Source of the DNA: Eledone cirrhosa | Lineage: Eukaryota | Reading direction: 5' to 3' | Length of the DNA: 64,000 nucleotides | NCBI GenBank assembly: GCA_964016885.1 | Contig: OZ024743.1 | Span: 177,072,001 to 177,136,000 of the forward strand | In this document: positions 61,428 to 64,000 of the stretch, piece by piece | How the letters are laid out: every line of letters begins with the position of its first letter | Position numbering within the stretch: position 1 is the first letter of the stretch | Translations under genes and position numbers: made by a program | The notes under the pieces: generated by a model | What the model was told of the DNA's origin: nothing | Databases searched by the model: none | The model's input: the letters and a program-made list of their open reading frames with translations, nothing else

Positions 61428-62030
61428 CATGCGAAAAATGTCATCTCGCTACTACCTCCCCATGAGACACGATGTGATAGCTAGAACCATCTGGAACGCA
61501 CTTCGAAAAACAAAATTAACAACAAACGAGGAAGAATATATTGAGACAGATGGCACTAAGGAATACTGGTGGAACCTGAAAATAAAAACTGCCACCAAAT
61601 TAAAGCACAACCGGCCTGATATTGTTGTTTGGGACCACACATTGAAAACGTGTTCTGTTGTGGAGATCAGCTGCCCACTTGTGTAAACGTTGCCAGAAAA
61701 ATACAGGAGAAGGAGGACATCTACGGACCATTGATGAGGAGTTTACAAATCCAGTATCCAAGATACACTTTTAGCTTCATACCCATCATTATTGGAGCTA
61801 CGGGTTATATACCAACCCGCTTGGACCAAAATATGACTGAACTTGGATTTGCGGACAAAAAGCGCAGCTCCCTAATTCATAGTCTACAAATGGCTGCGAT
61901 AGCTGGCACCTTCAACATTTGCAAAACATTCTTGCGATTCAAGGGATGACAATTTCTTTTCTTTTACAACCTTGCCACCAGGAAGGTGGCCGGTCAAAAA
62001 AAATATACTCGAAATTAAGAGAAAGAGATA
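61428..62030 (+). mobile_element. RLE-type (R4/NeSL-like) non-LTR 3' fragment in (ACAT)n
   Basis: Y..RHDVIA, HNRPDIVVWD..VVEISCP and IPIIIGATG motifs; ACAT repeats on both sides. A similar decayed fragment lies near 33640-34250. Confidence 0.8.
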
Positions 62031-62074
62031 ACATACATACATACTTACATACATACATATATATCCAATCTAAC

Positions 62075-62775
62075 CGAATCCAGGGATTTCTCTCTCCTGT
62101 CAGAGAAACCCCTTTTCGTTTGGTTTTGGTTATGTCTTCACGGGTGTAGCTGTACTCATCACGCTTCGACAATTGTGTGTTGGTGAGGCTATTTAAGCCA
62201 TACCGAAGGAAAAATACATTCCTTAGGAACCTTGTGCTGAAATCTATTTTACCCACACAGATTACCGGACAAAGCAACTAGGAAAACGTAAGTTAATTAG
62301 TGGAGATGAGCGGTGTTCATGACGTCTGAAGGTTCTTCCAGATTACTGAAATTGATCCAATAGATGTCAAAGTAAGCCAATGTTTGTAGGAAAACATGGG
62401 TAGAAGAGAACCACTCAAGTAGTCCTTCAAATGACGACATGGAGATATTAAACCTGCTCCGGTGTGAAGTCTACTACCCAGCTAGGTGTGTTAAAATTAT
62501 ACAATGGTGTATACTATTTACAAAAAAAAAAAAATACCATAACACTAATAGTTTTTTTATCGTTATATCGTAGGCTTCCTCTTTGTACCAGTCTCCGTTA
62601 AGATCTCTGCTGTCATTGGTTCCCGCACTGCTGATTTCCTCTGTAAAATCACTGGGACAGCAACCTGCTTGAGGTGGAGCCCCCGTGAGATGGGGTGGCT
62701 GCTGCAGTGGGTATATCTGTCCATTCCCCACAATAATACCTGTGCAATTTTGTCGGCGGGTCTCCGCAGAAACAC
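62075..62775 (-). mobile_element. Possible Penelope-like remnant
   Basis: DRYTHCSSHP resembles a Penelope RT motif; 62080-62160 is homologous to 49620-49700, which has a decayed CTGAAGA..GAAA core. Confidence 0.35.
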
Positions 62776-63271
62776 CGCCCTGAACGAGGCGTGTCTGCTC
62801 CTTTCTCTCTTTTGTTCCTTAATTCTTTTTTTTTCTTTTCATTTCCTTTTTATCTTGTTTTGTTCTTTTTTATAGTGTGTTTTATTTTTGTATAAACAAC
62901 TTTGTAATATTTACGTTTTTATAGCACAAATTAGATAAAATATTTAACGATGGTAATAAAAGAAAATGTGGAAATGTTTTAAAATAAAAGTTGTCGTTGT
63001 AGGACCCCCCCCCCTCCCCACCCACAATCGTCGCAGGCCCCCTCATGTCGTCGTAGACCCCCTCACAGTCATCGTAGGCCCCCTTACAATCGTTGCCAGA
63101 CATGTGTGATACTACTAATTGGATGGTTAAAACTTTCACCTCACATGTCATTTGCTGTTCTAATGGTTTACAGGGAATCTAAAGATTACACAGGCTGAAG
63201 TATCAACGGGATCACCTCAAAAAGTAATGAACTTAATTTAATATTGTAATTCGATGAGATCTGTCACTACA

Positions 63272-63478
63272 CTTCTATACGTCCAGTACCAAACCCGCCT
63301 TAACATCCCCATACTTCTTTACATCCAGTACCAAACCCTCTGGAACATCCCTACACTTCTCTACGCCCGGTACTAAACCCTCCTTAACATTCCTAGACTT
63401 CTCTACGTCCGGTACTAAACCCTCCTTAACATTCCTACACTTCTCTACGTCCGGAACTAAACCCTCCTGAACATGCTC
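63272..63478. repeat. 42-bp tandem repeat, about 5 copies
   Basis: Unit TTCTCTACGTCCGGTACTAAACCCTCCTTAACATTCCTACAC; the minus strand reads EGLVPDVEKCRNVK. Confidence 0.85.
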
Positions 63479-64000
63479 CTTTAAATGGAAAGATATCAAA
63501 CGACTCTGAATCATATCATGAAGGAAATATGAAAACTTTTCTGATCCAATATTCCAGGCTACTCTTTTATCCAATGACTCGTATTTGCTGTCATAAGGAA
63601 AGCTAAGTTCGTGATATAAATTTATTTAATGACCCATATTTACTGTCATAAGGAAAGCTAAATAACCTTGTTCGTGATATAAATTCATTTAAGAGGTGGA
63701 TTGAACTTTTAGCTTCAAGATAAAACTGTTGGAATCTACAGCAACAGGATACTAAATTTTGTGTTTTCCACAGCCGCCATGATGAATTCAAATAATAGCT
63801 CTCACATAAAGGTAGGCTTGTGCTTTGTACAGATGTTAATTTTGTCATGGTGACTCTTGGTTGTGAACATAACGTAGATGTGTGGCTATTTGGAGTTTTT
63901 CAGAAGATTTATTTATAATAATATATAATTTACCAGTTTCAAGGGTTTCGTGATTTTTCAAAGTCAAGAAAGATAGGGAAGTGTGGCTATAGCGACAAAA

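Noticed and set aside
63272-63478. CRISPR-like array
   Set aside because: Contiguous tandem units with no spacers, eukaryotic context, no cas genes.

Overview
Repeat-rich animal genomic DNA, most likely an octopod cephalopod, judged from the SINE families and (GAT)n-tailed RTE LINEs recognised from memory. One host gene can be rebuilt by hand: a minus-strand CCDC138-like coiled-coil gene with seven phase-compatible GT-AG coding exons (27029 to 1802), apparently continuing past the window start. The rest is mostly mobile DNA. There are five large and three small Tx1/L1-clade LINE copies, all on the minus strand, inserted in (GATA)n, a GATATAGA minisatellite or (AAT)n. Also present: RTE LINEs (one with a twin-priming-type 5' inversion), RLE-type (R4/Dong-like, CRE-like) fragments, Penelope-like remnants with minimal hammerhead ribozyme motifs, more than 20 tRNA-derived SINEs, MITEs and simple repeats. 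Main new observation: in these Tx1 elements ORF2 (endonuclease-RT) looks like it sits inside a spliceosomal intron. All four copies that retain the ORF1/ORF2 junction have a consensus GTRAGT donor at the ORF1 stop. Six of seven ORF2 ends terminate in an acceptor-like pyrimidine-rich CTRTAG, usually followed by a purine-rich enhancer-like tract. In copies A, B and C, splicing restores an in-frame TGA at the same codon, including an apparent compensatory 1-nt shift in copy A. This predicts an ORF1-only subgenomic mRNA. It is inference from sequence alone and needs RNA evidence.
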